From Eukaryota sp. TZLM1-RC (Eukaryota; Protista; Metamonada: BaSk clade): a stretch of 64,000 bases of DNA. The stretch is taken from NCBI GenBank assembly GCA_040285825.1, contig JAUPSS010000004.1:3018550-3082549 (forward strand), given 5' to 3'. A model generated the notes under the pieces. The model was given only the letters and a program-made list of their open reading frames with translations, searched no databases and had not been told where the DNA came from. Of this stretch, positions 11,257 to 23,959 are shown in pieces. A program made the translations under genes and the position numbers. The number at the start of each line of letters is the position of its first letter. Position 1 is the stretch's first letter.

Positions 11257-14200
11257 GTCATAAGGACTCTTGAATTGGAAAAACATCTTGAGTTTTTTCT
11301 TTTGAAAATTTGTTATGCTGGAAAAATTACTCATTTACTGCGATCATTACCTCCATCCCTAACTTACAATTTTTGTAGACAATTTAACAAAATACGTACC
11401 CAATTTTTGGCTAATTTAATGTCTTTTGATCCAGCAATTTTGAAAAATCATATTTTTTCTGATGTTCAACTTGGCGGTGTTGGATTCAATTCATCAAAAT
11501 ATTTGACCAAAGCTGCATTTATTGTTGGTGGAAAAAATTTTGTATTTGAATTCTCTAGAAGTTTTTTTTTCTCCCTCCCTTAGTCAACCCTCTCATATTT
11601 CACTTTCTGTCACGGCGTCAAAGTCGTACTGTGTCTTTGCCAAAACGATGCCAGTGACTGACAGTGACTCTGATACTGATTGGAATGCCCAAGCAAAGAT
11701 TCTACCCATCAGATCAAACTCATCCCCTTCACTTCTCCACTCTCCCCACCCTTCAAGCTATGCTCGAAATTCTTCTCAAAAAAATTTGAAAATTTTTAAA
11801 AAAGACTTTTTGCCTTTGTGTGATGCCCCTGATATTACGCCTGAAAAAGTGCAAAAAGAAGACATACCTGTTCCAAATGTGGCAAGGTTGGTCATAACAT
11901 TAGAAAATGTCCTGATATTATTACCGAAAAAAATGAGACTGAAAACCAATATTTCTATTGTTAATAGTTTGCAAACGCCATCCGAACTAAATCTTCCTCC
12001 TGTTCCCAATGTTTCTGCTGATGATGTTAATTATGATTTAAATATTGATCAAACTCATTTACCAAAAACTGTTGCTCCTGATCCTACGGATAATGTCTTG
12101 AAACATAGTTGTCCTTTTTGCAAAAAGTTCCTCTCTAATTCTTCTAATGGTCGCCCTCTATTGTTTTGTTTTTGACTGTCAAACAAGTGATTCTCTTCGT
12201 ACACCTGTTAAAATTCCTGTAGAGGTGAGTCCTGCCAGTTCTGTTCCTTTGTCAATGGAAATGCGTTCTTTTTCTTCGCAATTGAAATTAAACAAATGGA
12301 ACATAACAAGATTTTGGAAATTCTTTGCCAAAAAGAATAAGAAGAAAAATTAATTACAAACCAAAACAGAGAAAAGCTAATTCATCTTTTCAAGCAAAAA
12401 ATTGTTTTTGAGAGGTAGATATGGAAGCGGATTAAAAAATATTTTTTCGGGAAAACTGGCTGATACCAATCTCGAAACTGTTGAAAAATTGAAATCCCTC
12501 CATCCAACTGAACATTTTTGCCCCAGTAAGCCTTCTATTTGTCAATATTGGCTCGAAAATCCATTTCAGGCTCACGAAGTATTGAATGCCGTTGCTAAAT
12601 TACCAAAAGGAAAAGCTGCTGGTCCTTCAGGCATTTCCTTTGATTTGTTAAAAACTGCCTGTAAAAATGCTCCTGAAATTGTTGAGGATCTTGCTTCCTA
12701 TTTTCAAAATTTAATGTGTTTAAATTATGTTCCTCCGCCTGAATTGACTGCTGCCCGTTTAGTTGCTTTAGTTAAACCTGGTAAAGGTGACAAACCTGAT
12801 GGAGTTAGACCAATTGCTATTGGAGAGTCATTAACCAGATTGCTTTCTTCGCTTATTTTTAACAGAATTTCTACTAAAGCAAGGGACTATTTGAAGCCTT
12901 TCCAATTTGGTATAAAAACTGTTGAAGGTGCTTCTGTTGCTTCAATGACTTCAGATGTTTTTTTCAATAGTCAACAGCATCAATATATTTTCAATTTGGA
13001 TTTCAAAAATGCTTTCAATTCTGTGAAACGTAATTGTATTTTTGATGTCCTTCTTCATGATTTTCCTGAACTTACTGCATATTTTTATTTATTTTATGGA
13101 AAAAAATCAGACTTAATTTTTGACTCCTTTACCCTTGAATCTTCTTCTGGTGTGAAACAAGGTGATCCTCTAGGCCCTTTGCTGTTTTGTTTGGCTATTC
13201 ATAATATTATTAAAATGACACAACAAGATTTCCCTGATTTGCGTATTGTTGCCTATATGGATGACATTTCTATTATTGGTTCTTTTGAAAGCATTTCTAG
13301 GGTTTCTGAAGACATTGCGGCGAAATACAAAAGAAATTGGTTTAGCTTTGAACCCATCTAAATGTCTCTTGATTGGTAGAGAAAAACAATCTTTGATGAT
13401 TGGTGGAGCTCAGATTCCTTTTATCAATTATGACCATCAAGCTTTTAAGTTTCTTGGATGTTGGCTTGGCAATTTGGATGAAATTTATTCCCAGTTAAAC
13501 AATTTATTGGAGAAGTTTGACAAGGATCTTAGTTTTATTGCTGAATGTGACATTGAGAAACACATCAAATTTTTATTTTAAAAATTTGTTATTCTGGAAA
13601 ATTCACTCATATTTTAAGGTCAACTCCCCTTCGGTATCTCTCAATTTTTGCAGATCTTTTAACAAACTTCGAGTCAAATTTTTTTCTTCTTTATTAGAAG
13701 TAAATGAATCTTTAATTCGAAGTCATGTATTTTGTTCAGCAGATTTGGGTGGAATTGGATTCACCAAATCTTCGATTCTGTGTAAAGCAGCATTTTTGGG
13801 AGGTGGTAAAATTTTGTTTTTGAATTTTCCAAAGGTTCCCTTTTGATGTTCATCTGATCAATGGTGAATCAAATTTTTACTTGAATCAACTGCAATTTGA
13901 ATTAGAAAATTTGCCTAGTGATATCTGGATTCAGTGTTTTCCTCAAAATGTTCAAGAAATTCCCACTCGATCACTTCCAAATTTACGTTTTTGCTTGAAA
14001 AGCTTCAGCACCATCTGGTTAAATTATATGAAGGCTTGGATTATGAAGTAAGACTTGGCTTGGCCAAAACTAAAAATCCCGCTTTCGGTAATGTTTTAAA
14101 GGATATTCGTCATAGTTCAGCTGCTGCTTTAGTAACTCAAGTTCCCTCTGTTTATGGACTTTTGTTAAAAAGACAATGAATGGCTTCTAAACATGCGTTT

Positions 14201-15309
14201 TCGTTGTTTTCTGTGGCCAAACAATTTGCCCAATCATTTAACTTGTAAATGTGGTAAACCTCTTTTGTTTACTCATCTTTTGAACTGTAAACATTTCATT
14301 ACGTTTAGAAGCAAAGTGCATAATAACGTCAGGGACCAAATTTATGTAATGTGCAAATCATATCGTGTAGATTCCTTTTTAGAACCGCTGTTATCAAAAT
14401 TAATTCTTGATGATCCCAATATTGATAGTACGCGTTACAACAGAGCTTCTATGGGTCTGACTAGAGGTGATCTAGTTGTTCCTGGTTTAAATGGTAGTTT
14501 TACTATTTTGGACGCCATGTCTATTGACCCTTGTAATTCCTCTAACGAACATTTCATTAACTCGGATGTAAATAATCCTCTTCTTGCAGGCGAAAAATAT
14601 AAAATTGCTAAATATGCGAAACCCATTTCCTCGGTTAATGAAAATTCTCATGCCCAATATAATTTATGTCCATTTGTTTTTTTCTTTGCTTGGATCTCTA
14701 GGTAAGGCTGCTATGGCTTTCCTGGAGGATTTTATTGTAGTTGTAAAGGAAAGAACTGGAAGAATTTTCAATCGTGTTTACTGGCAAAACAGGATTGTAT
14801 TTTCTATTTTTAAGGGAATGGTAACACTAATTTCTGATTCACTATCTTCTTTTGGGAAATTTTCTGAATCTTTAGCGATTAATTGTTTTGATGTAGGGGA
14901 GGCAGGTTTTGAGGATGTGGAGTTTTAATTGTGTATTTCATATTTGTTGTTGAATAAAAAGTTTTAGAAAAAAAAAATTCTCTAGAAGATATCCTTTTGC
15001 CGAAAATCTTCTTGAAAATACAAATAGCCTATTCCTGGATACTTAAGAGAAGAAATATCCAGTTTATCTCCCGACTTATGGCAATCATGTTTCCCCATAT
15101 CCATTCAAGAAATTCCAGACAGAAGTTTATATTCATTAAAATTTGCGTTGAAAAAGCTCCAACGACATCTTTTGAAAAATTTTGAAAACAAGGATTTTAT
15201 TGTTCGACTTAGCACGGCTAAGAAAGAAAATCCTGCTTTTGCCAATTTTTTGATTGATTTGAAGGACAGTTCATCTGCAGTTTTGATAAATCAAATTCCC
15301 CAGATTTAT
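11257..15309 (+). mobile_element. Family C internal fragment split by a full-length family B insertion
   Basis: KICYAGKITHLLRS..FEFSR continues after the insertion as RYPFAENLL at 14976. Confidence 0.85.
11562..14975 (+). mobile_element. Full-length family B CRE-like element (3.4 kb), frameshifted
   Basis: 13-bp TSD AATTCTCTAGAAG at 11549-11561 and 14976-14988; T9 start; ATG at 11648 (MPVTDSDSDTDW); CPFC ribbon, RT YMDD, CKC..HLLNC, HNNVRD, RGD; ends EDVEF* at 14928; A-tail. Confidence 0.95.
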
Positions 15310-17323
15310 TTTTTTTTGCTTCAACAATTTTATTCTAAACCTATAAATCAACATCTAAAAAATCCATCTCTCCCAAAACAAAAACACTAGATGCAACTCT
15401 CTCATAGTGAGATCCAAGAGAAAGCAAAGCATCAGAAACCATCTTCAACATCCCCTTAAAAATAGAAAACACAATTCTATTTTGCCAAAACAATCTGTTG
15501 AAATTTCTGCCAGTTCTTCTCTTTACAATCATTTCAAAATCATCCAAAAAACGTAAAGCAGTTGGTGCAAGTGAACCAAAAAGGGAAAATACAAATGGAT
15601 ACAAATTGTATTTAGCATGCTGTAGACTGGCCAATTTGGACAACGGTTCATTGTATTTTTTGAATTTAAAATTTTCAGCATTTGAAAGGGGATTATGAAT
15701 TTCAGAATTAACAAGCCTTTCATTTGAGGCATTACAAGGATCAACAGACATTACATCCAATAAAATGAAGCTTCCATCTAATCCAGGTAATATGACATCA
15801 CCTCTATTATTCTTATGAAAATCATTTTCAGCATCAAACAGATTTGACAACAAAGGTTCCAAGAAGGATTCAATTCTATGAGATTTACACATACAATATA
15901 ACTGGTCTCTTACAGCATTATGAACCTTGCTTCTAAAAGTAATAAAATGTTTACAATTTAACAAATGAGTAGTTGTAATTTCTCGAGAACATTTACAAAT
16001 TAAATTATGAGGTAAATTATCAGGCCAGATAAAGGAACGAAATCTCATATTCAGAGTCCAAGCAGAATCGGATAAGAAAGTACCATAAACTTGTGGAATT
16101 GTTGTTACTAAGGCAGAAGAAGTACTGTCACACATATCTTGTAAAAGATTTGCAAAAGCGGGATTCTTTTTCTTGGCCAAGCCAAGTCTAACATCAAAAT
16201 CCAAGCTTTCAAAAATCTTTGACAATTTTTGTTGAAGCTTTTTACAGCAAAACTGTAAATTAAATAGAGATCGGTTTGGAATTTCTTGAATTGATTGAGG
16301 AAAACATTTGGTCCAAATTTGTGGCGGTAATTTTTCAAGTTCACAAGACAACTCATACAAATAGGGACTACAATTGGGGACTAACAGATGAGAATCATCA
16401 GGAAATCTACGAGAAAATTCATAAATGAAATTTTTGCCACCACCCAAGAATGCTGATTGACACAAAATTGAAGATTTAGTAAAACCAATACCACCCAAAT
16501 TTGCTGAAGAAAATAAATGGCTTTTCAACATTCCTGGTTCTACATCCAATAAATCAGCAAAAAAATTCTGTTCTCAATGAATTAAAAAGAACGACAAAAA
16601 TCTAATGCTATGGAAGGAGCACAAGATCTCAAAATGTGGGTTATTCTCCCAGTGTAGCAAATTTTAAGCATGAAAAATTTAATATGCTTTTCTATATCTA
16701 AAGAAGAAATTGAATCAAGTTCAATTTTCATTTTTTCCAAAATTACTTGCAATTCATTCTGAATTTGAGGCACATTTCCTAACCAACAACCAAGGAACTT
16801 AAAAAGCATCACTACTATAATTAGTAAAAGGGACAATAGAATCGTTTATCACGAGGTCTTGAGCAGAAGAGCCAATCAGAAGGCATTTGCTGGCATTAAG
16901 ATGAAGCCCAATATTTTCATATGAATCGGCAATTTCTTGAGCAACCAATTCTAGTAAATCAAATGAACCAATCAAGGATATATCATCCATATAAGCAACT
17001 ATTTTTATAGAAGGGTATTTTTGCTTAATGATATTTAAAGTTTTGTGAATAGCTAAACAAAACAATAATGGGCCTAAAGGATCTCCCTGCTTCACTCCAG
17101 AAGATGATTTAAGACCAAATGAATTAAAAATTAAATCTGATTCTTTCCCATAAAAATGGTAGAAAAAAACTCGATAGCTCAGGAAAATCAGATTTAATAA
17201 CTTCAAAAATTACTTCTCGCTTTACTGAATTAAAAGCATTTTTAAAGTCGAGATTAAAAATAAAATTATTTTCCTCTGCATTAAAAAAGGTATCAGAGGC
17301 AATAGCAGCAACAGAAGCACCAT
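15310..17323 (-). mobile_element. Family A 5'-truncated copy with poly-A
   Basis: ORFs 16799-17206 (QGDP, YMDD), 16582-16836 and 15341-16549 (RLE). Confidence 0.93.
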
Positions 17324-20207
17324 CATCTTGAGTTTTTTCTTTTGAAAATTTGTTATGCTGGAAAAATTACTCATTTACTGCGATCATTACCTCCATCCCT
17401 AACTTACAATTTTTGTAGACAATTTAACAAAATACGTACCCAATTTTTGGCTAATTTAATGTCTTTTGATCCAGCAATTTTGAAAAATCATATTTTTTCT
17501 GATGTTCAACTTGGCGGTGTTGGATTCAATTCATCAAAATATTTGACCAAAGCTGCATTTATTGTTGGTGGAAAAAATTTTGTATTTGAATTCTCTAGAA
17601 GATATCCTTTTGCCGAAAATCTTCTTGAAAATACAAATAGCCTATTCCTGGATACTTAAGAGAAGAAATATCCAGTTTATCTCCCGACTTATGGCAATCA
17701 TGTTTCCCCATATCCATTCAAGAAATTCCAGACAGAAGTTTATATTCATTAAAATTTGCGTTGAAAAAGCTCCAACGACATCTTTTGAAAAATTTTGAAA
17801 ACAAGGATTTTATTGTTCGACTTAGCACGGCTAAGAAAGAAAATCCTGCTTTTGCCAATTTTTTGATTGATTTGAAGGACAGTTCATCTGCAGTTTTGAT
17901 AAATCAAATTCCCCAGATTTATGGTCTATTTTTGAATGACGACCAATGGACCACTGCTATGAGAATGCGTTGTTATTTATGGCCTTGTAATTTGCCCAAT
18001 GATTTGTTTTGTAAATGTGGAGCTGGTTTGACATTATCACATTTATTTAATTGTAATAGATATATTTCCTATCGTTCTACGTTGCATGATGCAGTCAGAG
18101 ATCAAATCCATGCAATGTGTAATTCCTATCATATTGAATCTTTTGTAGAACCTTTGTTGAGGTCTCTTGATATAAATGAAAGCGTAAGAGATTCAGAATA
18201 TGGAAAACGACGTGCTGATGTTGTTGTGCCCTCGTTTGATGATGTCATGAATGTTGTTGATGTCGTAACAGTGGATGTTTGCAAGAAAAATGCCTTGAAA
18301 AATGCTCAATCCGAAGTATCCCCCCTTGATGACTCCGAATTGTACAAACGGAAAAAGTATGCAAATCCTTTAAAAAAATTGAAACATGTTCGCCATGTAG
18401 ATTACCAAATTTGCCCATTTGCTATATCGTTGTATGGTCGTCTTGGAAAAACTGCTTTGAATTTTATTGATGATTTTGAAAATCTTGTGAAAAGAAGAAT
18501 GAATAAGCGTTTTGATCGTCGCTTGTGGCTAAATTGTATTGTTTTTACTATTTTCAAATCAATTCCTAAAATGATTTCGAAAGCTCTAATGTCTGTCAGT
18601 GCACATTATGAAAATATTGCTGCTGTAAGGTTTGATGGTGTGGAAGCTTGTTTTGAAGATATTGACTTTTAGACTGTGGTTTTGAAAATAAATTAAAATT
18701 AAATTAAAAAGAGAAACAGCAAATGGAACCAACTGATACTTGACATGCTCAATACGTCCTAGCTGCGATAAGGGTTCATTGTACTTTTTGATTTTGCTCT
18801 TTTCAGCAAAGCAAAGTGGAGTTTCGTCTCTTTTAGCAAAATCAATTGCTGAGTCTTTACAAACATCAACAGTAACAACATCAACAACTTTAATAACACC
18901 ATCAGACGCAGGGGTAATTAAATCAGCACGGCGTTTCCCAAAAGTATTTTCATCTTCATTTTCAGATGACGTTATGGTGCCGCAAAGCAGTCCTTGTTTT
19001 CCTCTTCTTTGGCTGATGCAAACTCTGATACCCTTGAAAAACTTCAAAAGTTGCATCCTCAAGAAAATTTCAAGTGCAGCAAGCCTGATGTGTGTCCTTT
19101 TTGGATTGAAAATCCTATTACTGCAATTGAAGTTCTTAAAGCTATTCAAAAATTACCAAAGGGGAAAGCAGCAGGCCCATCTGGAATTTCTTTTGATCTC
19201 TTAAAAATAGCGTGTTCCAGTGCTCCCGAAATTGCTGATGATCTAGCCCATTATTTTCAACAATTAATTGTTTTGAAAATTAATCCTCCATTTGAATTAC
19301 TCGCTGCACGTCTGATTGCTTTAGTAAAGCCTGGAAACGGAATCAAACCTGATGGAATACGCCCAATTGCTGTTGGTGAATCTCTTTCTCGTTTGCTGGC
19401 ATCAATTGTCTTCGATCGTGTCAAAGACAAAGCTTCTACATTTTTGAATCCTCATCAATTTGGAATCAAAACAATTGATGGTGCTTCTGTTGCTGCTATT
19501 GCCTCTGATACCTTTTTTAATGCAGAGGAAAATAATTTTATTTTTAATCTCGACTTTAAAAATGCTTTTAATTCTGTAAAGAGAGAAGCAATTTTTGAAG
19601 TTATTAAATCTGATTTTCATTGGGCAAATTACAAGGCCATAAATAACAACGCATTCTCATAGCAGTGGTCCATTGGTCGTCATTCAAAAATAGACGATAA
19701 ATCTGGGGAATTTGATTTATCAAAACTGCAGATGAACTGTCCTTCAAATCAATCAAAAAATTTGCAAAAGCAGGATTTTGTTTCTTAGCCGTGCTAAGTC
19801 GAACAATATAATCCTTGCTTTCAAATTTTTTCAAAAGATGTCGTTGGAGCTTTTTCAACGCAAATTTTAATGAATACAAACTTCTGCCTGGAATTTCTTG
19901 AATGGATATGGGGAAACATGATTGCCATAAGTCGGGAGATAAACTGGATATTTCTTCTCTTAAGTTATCGAGGAATAGGCTATTTGTAGTTTCAAGAAGA
20001 TTTTCGGCAAAAGGATATCTTCTAGAGAATTCAAATACAAAATTTTTGACACGATCGAAGACAATTGATGCCAGCAAACGAGATAGAGATTCACCAACAG
20101 CAATTGGGCGTATTCCATCAGGTTTAATTCCATTACCAGGCTTTACTAAAGCAATCAGACGTGCAGCAAGTAATTCAAAAGGAGGATTAATTTTCAAAAC
20201 AATTAAT
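17324..20207. mobile_element. Patchwork: C(+) 17324-18709, D(-) 18708-18968, A(+) 18967-19619, C(-) 19617-20047, A(-) 20045-20207
   Basis: Identity to the family copies; two junctions are identical in inverted form to those at ~6297 and ~8430. Confidence 0.85.
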
Positions 20208-21120
20208 TAAATTTATTTATTTTATTTTCTACGAAGAATCAAATAAAAACAAAACAAACTAAAACACATAAGAAACTAAATTCTCCACGCCAACTCTTGA
20301 TGAATCCCTATAAAGTTTGGACATCATTAAACTCAAGTATTTGGGAACACTTCTGTACAAAGCGAAAATGATACGATTCTTCCATAAATTCCCTGCAAAA
20401 TTCTTACCACTTGAACGACATAAATTACCAAAATCATTGATGAAATTCAAGGCGGATTGTCCAATGTTGCCAAAAATCGAAAAGGCAAAAGGAACAAACG
20501 AAAACTTCGAATAAAGGTTCTTATTTAAAACATTTAATATATCAGTATTATTAATTTTATTAAAAATTTATTATTATTATTATTATAGAGTGACAACAAA
20601 TTTAATTTCTCAGTATATTTATCTCTCTTACGATCTTCTGCCTTGTTTAAATGACCATTAGTACTAAGTAAAACATCATCGCGATAAACAAAAGCAAAGG
20701 GATCAACTGTAGTGAAATCAACAACAACTTGAGAGGAATCCACAAAAGGAGCAATTAAATCACCTCGACGTGAATTAAACAGATTATCATCACTATAATG
20801 CTTTAACAAAGGTTCTACTTTGCAACTAAAATTGTAACACTTGAACATCTCATATGTCACATCACGAACGGCATTATGAAGAACTGACCTATATTGGAGA
20901 AATTTCTTACAACTCACAATATGACGGAAAATGGCAGTAGGTTTTTTGTTACAAATACAATGAGAATTGTCCAAAAGATCACTTGGATACATCCCTAATC
21001 TCAACCACATGTTTTGTTTCCCTGCTTCATTTGTTAAGTGAAGACCAAATGGCCTTGGTTGCTGAGATATTAAACTAGTGCAGTTCTGAATGTCTGATAA
21101 AAAGGCAGCAAAGACGGGAA
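20205..21120 (-). mobile_element. Family E 3' portion
   Basis: Near-identical to the reverse complement of ~32830-33730 (WLRLGMYP..CIC..HIVSC..HNAVRD..RRGD; ends ENLVSYVF*). Confidence 0.92.
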
Positions 21121-21527
21121 TTAAATTTTAATTATTTTTATTCATCAACGAATATGAAAACATAAAATACACAATTAATTGTTGAAAATAATGGGCTAGA
21201 TCATCAGCAATTTCGGGAGCACTGGAACACGCTATTTTTAACAGATCAAAAGATATTCCAGATGGGCCTGCTGCTTTTTTTGGTAATTTTTGAATAGCTT
21301 TGAGAACTTCAATTGCAGTAATATGATTTTTTTTAAAAAAATTTAATTTTATTCTAAACCTATAAATCAACATCTAAAAAATCCATCTCTCCCAAAACAA
21401 AAACACTAGATGCAACTCTCTCATAGTGAGATCCAAGAGAAAGCAAAGCATCAGAAACCATCTTCAACATCCCCTTAAAAATAGAAAACACAATTCTATT
21501 TTGCCAAAACAATCTGTTGAAATTTCT
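21120..21527 (-). mobile_element. Short fragments: B-like 3' tail, family A RT piece and family A 3' tail
   Basis: Sequence identity to the family A and B copies. Confidence 0.75.
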
Positions 21528-22425
21528 CTAAAGAAAAGAATCCCGTTTTTGCAAACTTTTTAATTGACCTTAAGGAAAGTAGCTCAAGTTGTCTTATTTC
21601 CCAGATTCCAAATGTACATGGTCTATTATTAAATGATCATCAATGGACAACTGCCTTCAGGATGAGGTGTTTTTTGTGGCCATGTAGTGTGCCAAATGAT
21701 TTGATTTGTCGTTGTGGTCAGCTCATTAATCTAAATCATTTATTTAATTGCAAATTTAATATAACATATCGCTCAGTTGTTCACGATGCTGTTAGAGACC
21801 AACTATACGCTATGTGCAAAAGTCATCACATTGAAGCTTTTGTTGAACCACTTGTGCGAAGTTTCTCATCTGAAAATGAAGAGGAAAATACTTTTGGGAA
21901 ACGCCGTGCTGATTTAATTACCCCTGGGTCTGATGGTGTTATTAAAGTTGTTGATGTTGTCACTGTTGATGTTTGTAAAGACTCAGCAATTGATTTTGCT
22001 AAAAGAGATGAAACTCCCCGTTGCTTTGCTGAAAAGAGCAAAATCAAAAAGTACAATGAACCCTTATCTCAGCTAGGACGTGTTGAGCATGTCAAGTATC
22101 AGTTGGTTCCATTTGCTGTTTCTCTTTTTGGTAACATTGGAATATCTGGCATTAAATTTCTTGAAGGTTTCAGAAGTTTAATAAAAGAAAGAGCAGGAAA
22201 AGAATTGAACTTCAATTTTTGGCACAATAGAATTGTTTTTAGTATTCTTAAAGCAATTCCAGAAATGTTAACCAAAGCACTGTTACAATTGGGAATAGAG
22301 TATGAAAATCGTGCACTTAAAAGATTTGATGATGTTGATGCATGTATTGAGGATATTGAGTTCTAGTTTTTTGTTTAATGTTTTGTTAGCGTTGAAAAGA
22401 AATTTCAATTGTATAAAAAAATAAA
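21528..22425 (+). mobile_element. Family D 3' portion (Zn motif plus RLE)
   Basis: ORF 21662-22366 has CRC..HLFNC, HDAVRD, EP, RRAD and K.KKY and ends DACIEDIEF*; A-rich tail. Confidence 0.9.
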
Positions 22426-23590
22426 AGTTGCTATTTGTTTGAGAATTGTAATAGGAGCAATTACAGAAATGTCATCCATATATGCTACAATATCTATTTC
22501 TGGGAATTCTTCTTCTAATTCGCACATTAATGGATGAATTGCCAAGCAAAAGAAAAAAGGACCAAGTGGATCGCCTTGTTTAACACCTGAAGAAAAAAGC
22601 AGGTCAATGTTTTCATAGACCTATGTTGATGATTTTCCATAAAATGAATAAAAAAAGGCTAAACTTCAGGAAAATGCTTTCGCAGCAAAGGCAAAATGGA
22701 AGAACAAGAGCATTAATTAAAAGCATTCTTAAAATCTAAATTGAAGATGTAATTAGAATCACTAGAATTAAAAAATACATCAGACGAAAGGGCAGCAGCT
22801 GAAGCACCATCAATTGTCTTGATTCCAAATTGAAAGGGACTGAAAACTCTTTGGCATTTTTCTCAATTCTATTGACAACAAGAGATGCAAGAATCCTGGA
22901 GAACGATTCTCCGATTGCAATTGGACGGATTTTAGATAAATTTTTTTAAAGGGCATTTGAACGAGCACTTGTCATCTCATCAGGAACTTTAATTATTAAG
23001 GTCAAAAGACAGTTAAAAAAATGGACAAGATTAGCAACAATTTCAGGACACTGACCAACAGCTGATTTATTTATATCAAAATTTGACACAGATGGCCCAC
23101 ATGTTGAATCAGTTTTGAGACCTCTTGAGCATTTACAGGATTTTTCAGCCAATAATCAACTGAATCTGGTATGAGACAATGAAAATTTTTTTCTGGATAA
23201 GGATTATTTGATGGAGACAATGTATTCTCATTGCATTCAGCTAAATCAGAAGAAAATAGACATTGCTTTGCAGATTCAAAACGTCCTTAAAACCAATTTT
23301 CTTACTGACTTTTCTTTCGAAAAAATATTCTATTTTAAATTTGATTTTTTTTGATAAAAGTTTTTTATCTTTTTTCAGAACAAATTTCCAAATCGGGGTA
23401 ACGTCCCATAATCCTTTACGCAGATTTTCAGTAAAGGCACGAAGAACAACAGCAAAAGGTATAGAAGTCAAAGGACTCAGCTGAGCAGGAACACGACTGG
23501 GACAACGTAACTGACCAATTAAGCCAAGAACAACCAAATCACCTCTTATCAGACCCATAGAAGTTCTTGCTATAAATATTGGGGTCAATA
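22425..23590 (-). mobile_element. Decayed family H RT fragment plus a short family B piece
   Basis: Reverse strand gives KIRPIAIGESF, LDFKNAFN, GVKQGDPLGPFFFC and AYMDD; homologous to 39960-41005. Confidence 0.85.
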
Positions 23591-23593
23591 AAT

Positions 23594-23673
23594 TGACAAC
23601 GGTGGGACTCGAACCCACGCGGTTTCCCACTGCCGCCTTAAGACAGCGCCTTAGACCACTCGGCCACGTTGCC
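23594..23673 (-). tRNA. tRNA-Leu(AAG)
   Basis: Reverse complement GGCAACGTGGCCGAGTGGTCTAAGGCGCTGTCTTAAGGCGGCAGTGGGAAACCGCGTGGGTTCGAGTCCCACCGTTGTCA. Acceptor stem GGCAACG/CGTTGTC, anticodon stem CTGTC/GGCAG with loop TT-AAG-GC, variable arm, GTTCGA T-loop, discriminator A. Confidence 0.95.
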
Positions 23674-23686
23674 CTTTCTGTGTGGC

Positions 23687-23938
23687 ATAAAATTTTGGAT
23701 GCCTAATATTTTGGACGCCAAAAAAGTTGGACGCCTATCAATTGGGCGATTTTTTTCTTATCGCCCAACTTTTTTGTCATATCATATCATATATCTATCA
23801 ACAAGACTTTGACCTATTTTTAGAAACAAGGGTCAAAATTATGACGAAAAAATTGGGCACCTATTAATTGGGCAATTTTTTTCTGATCACCCAAATCGCC
23901 CAATTTTTTTGGCGTCCAAAATTATAGGAAACACGGTA
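23687..23938. mobile_element. Palindromic MITE-like element, possibly Tc1/mariner-pogo (Tc2-like); left terminus degenerate
   Basis: TTTTGGACGCCAAAAAA..TTGGGCGA mirrored by TCGCCCAATTTTTTTGGCGTCCAAAA; the right end reads TA-CCGTGTTTCC on the minus strand. Confidence 0.6.
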
Positions 23939-23959
23939 GCGTGGTTCGAAAAAATAGGG

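Noticed and set aside
1653-20210. Many short alternative-frame or antisense ORFs recurring in several places (e.g. MVVMVPQSS.., MILVMPQMK..)
   Set aside because: They are shadows of the repeated retrotransposon ORF and recur only because the DNA is repeated.
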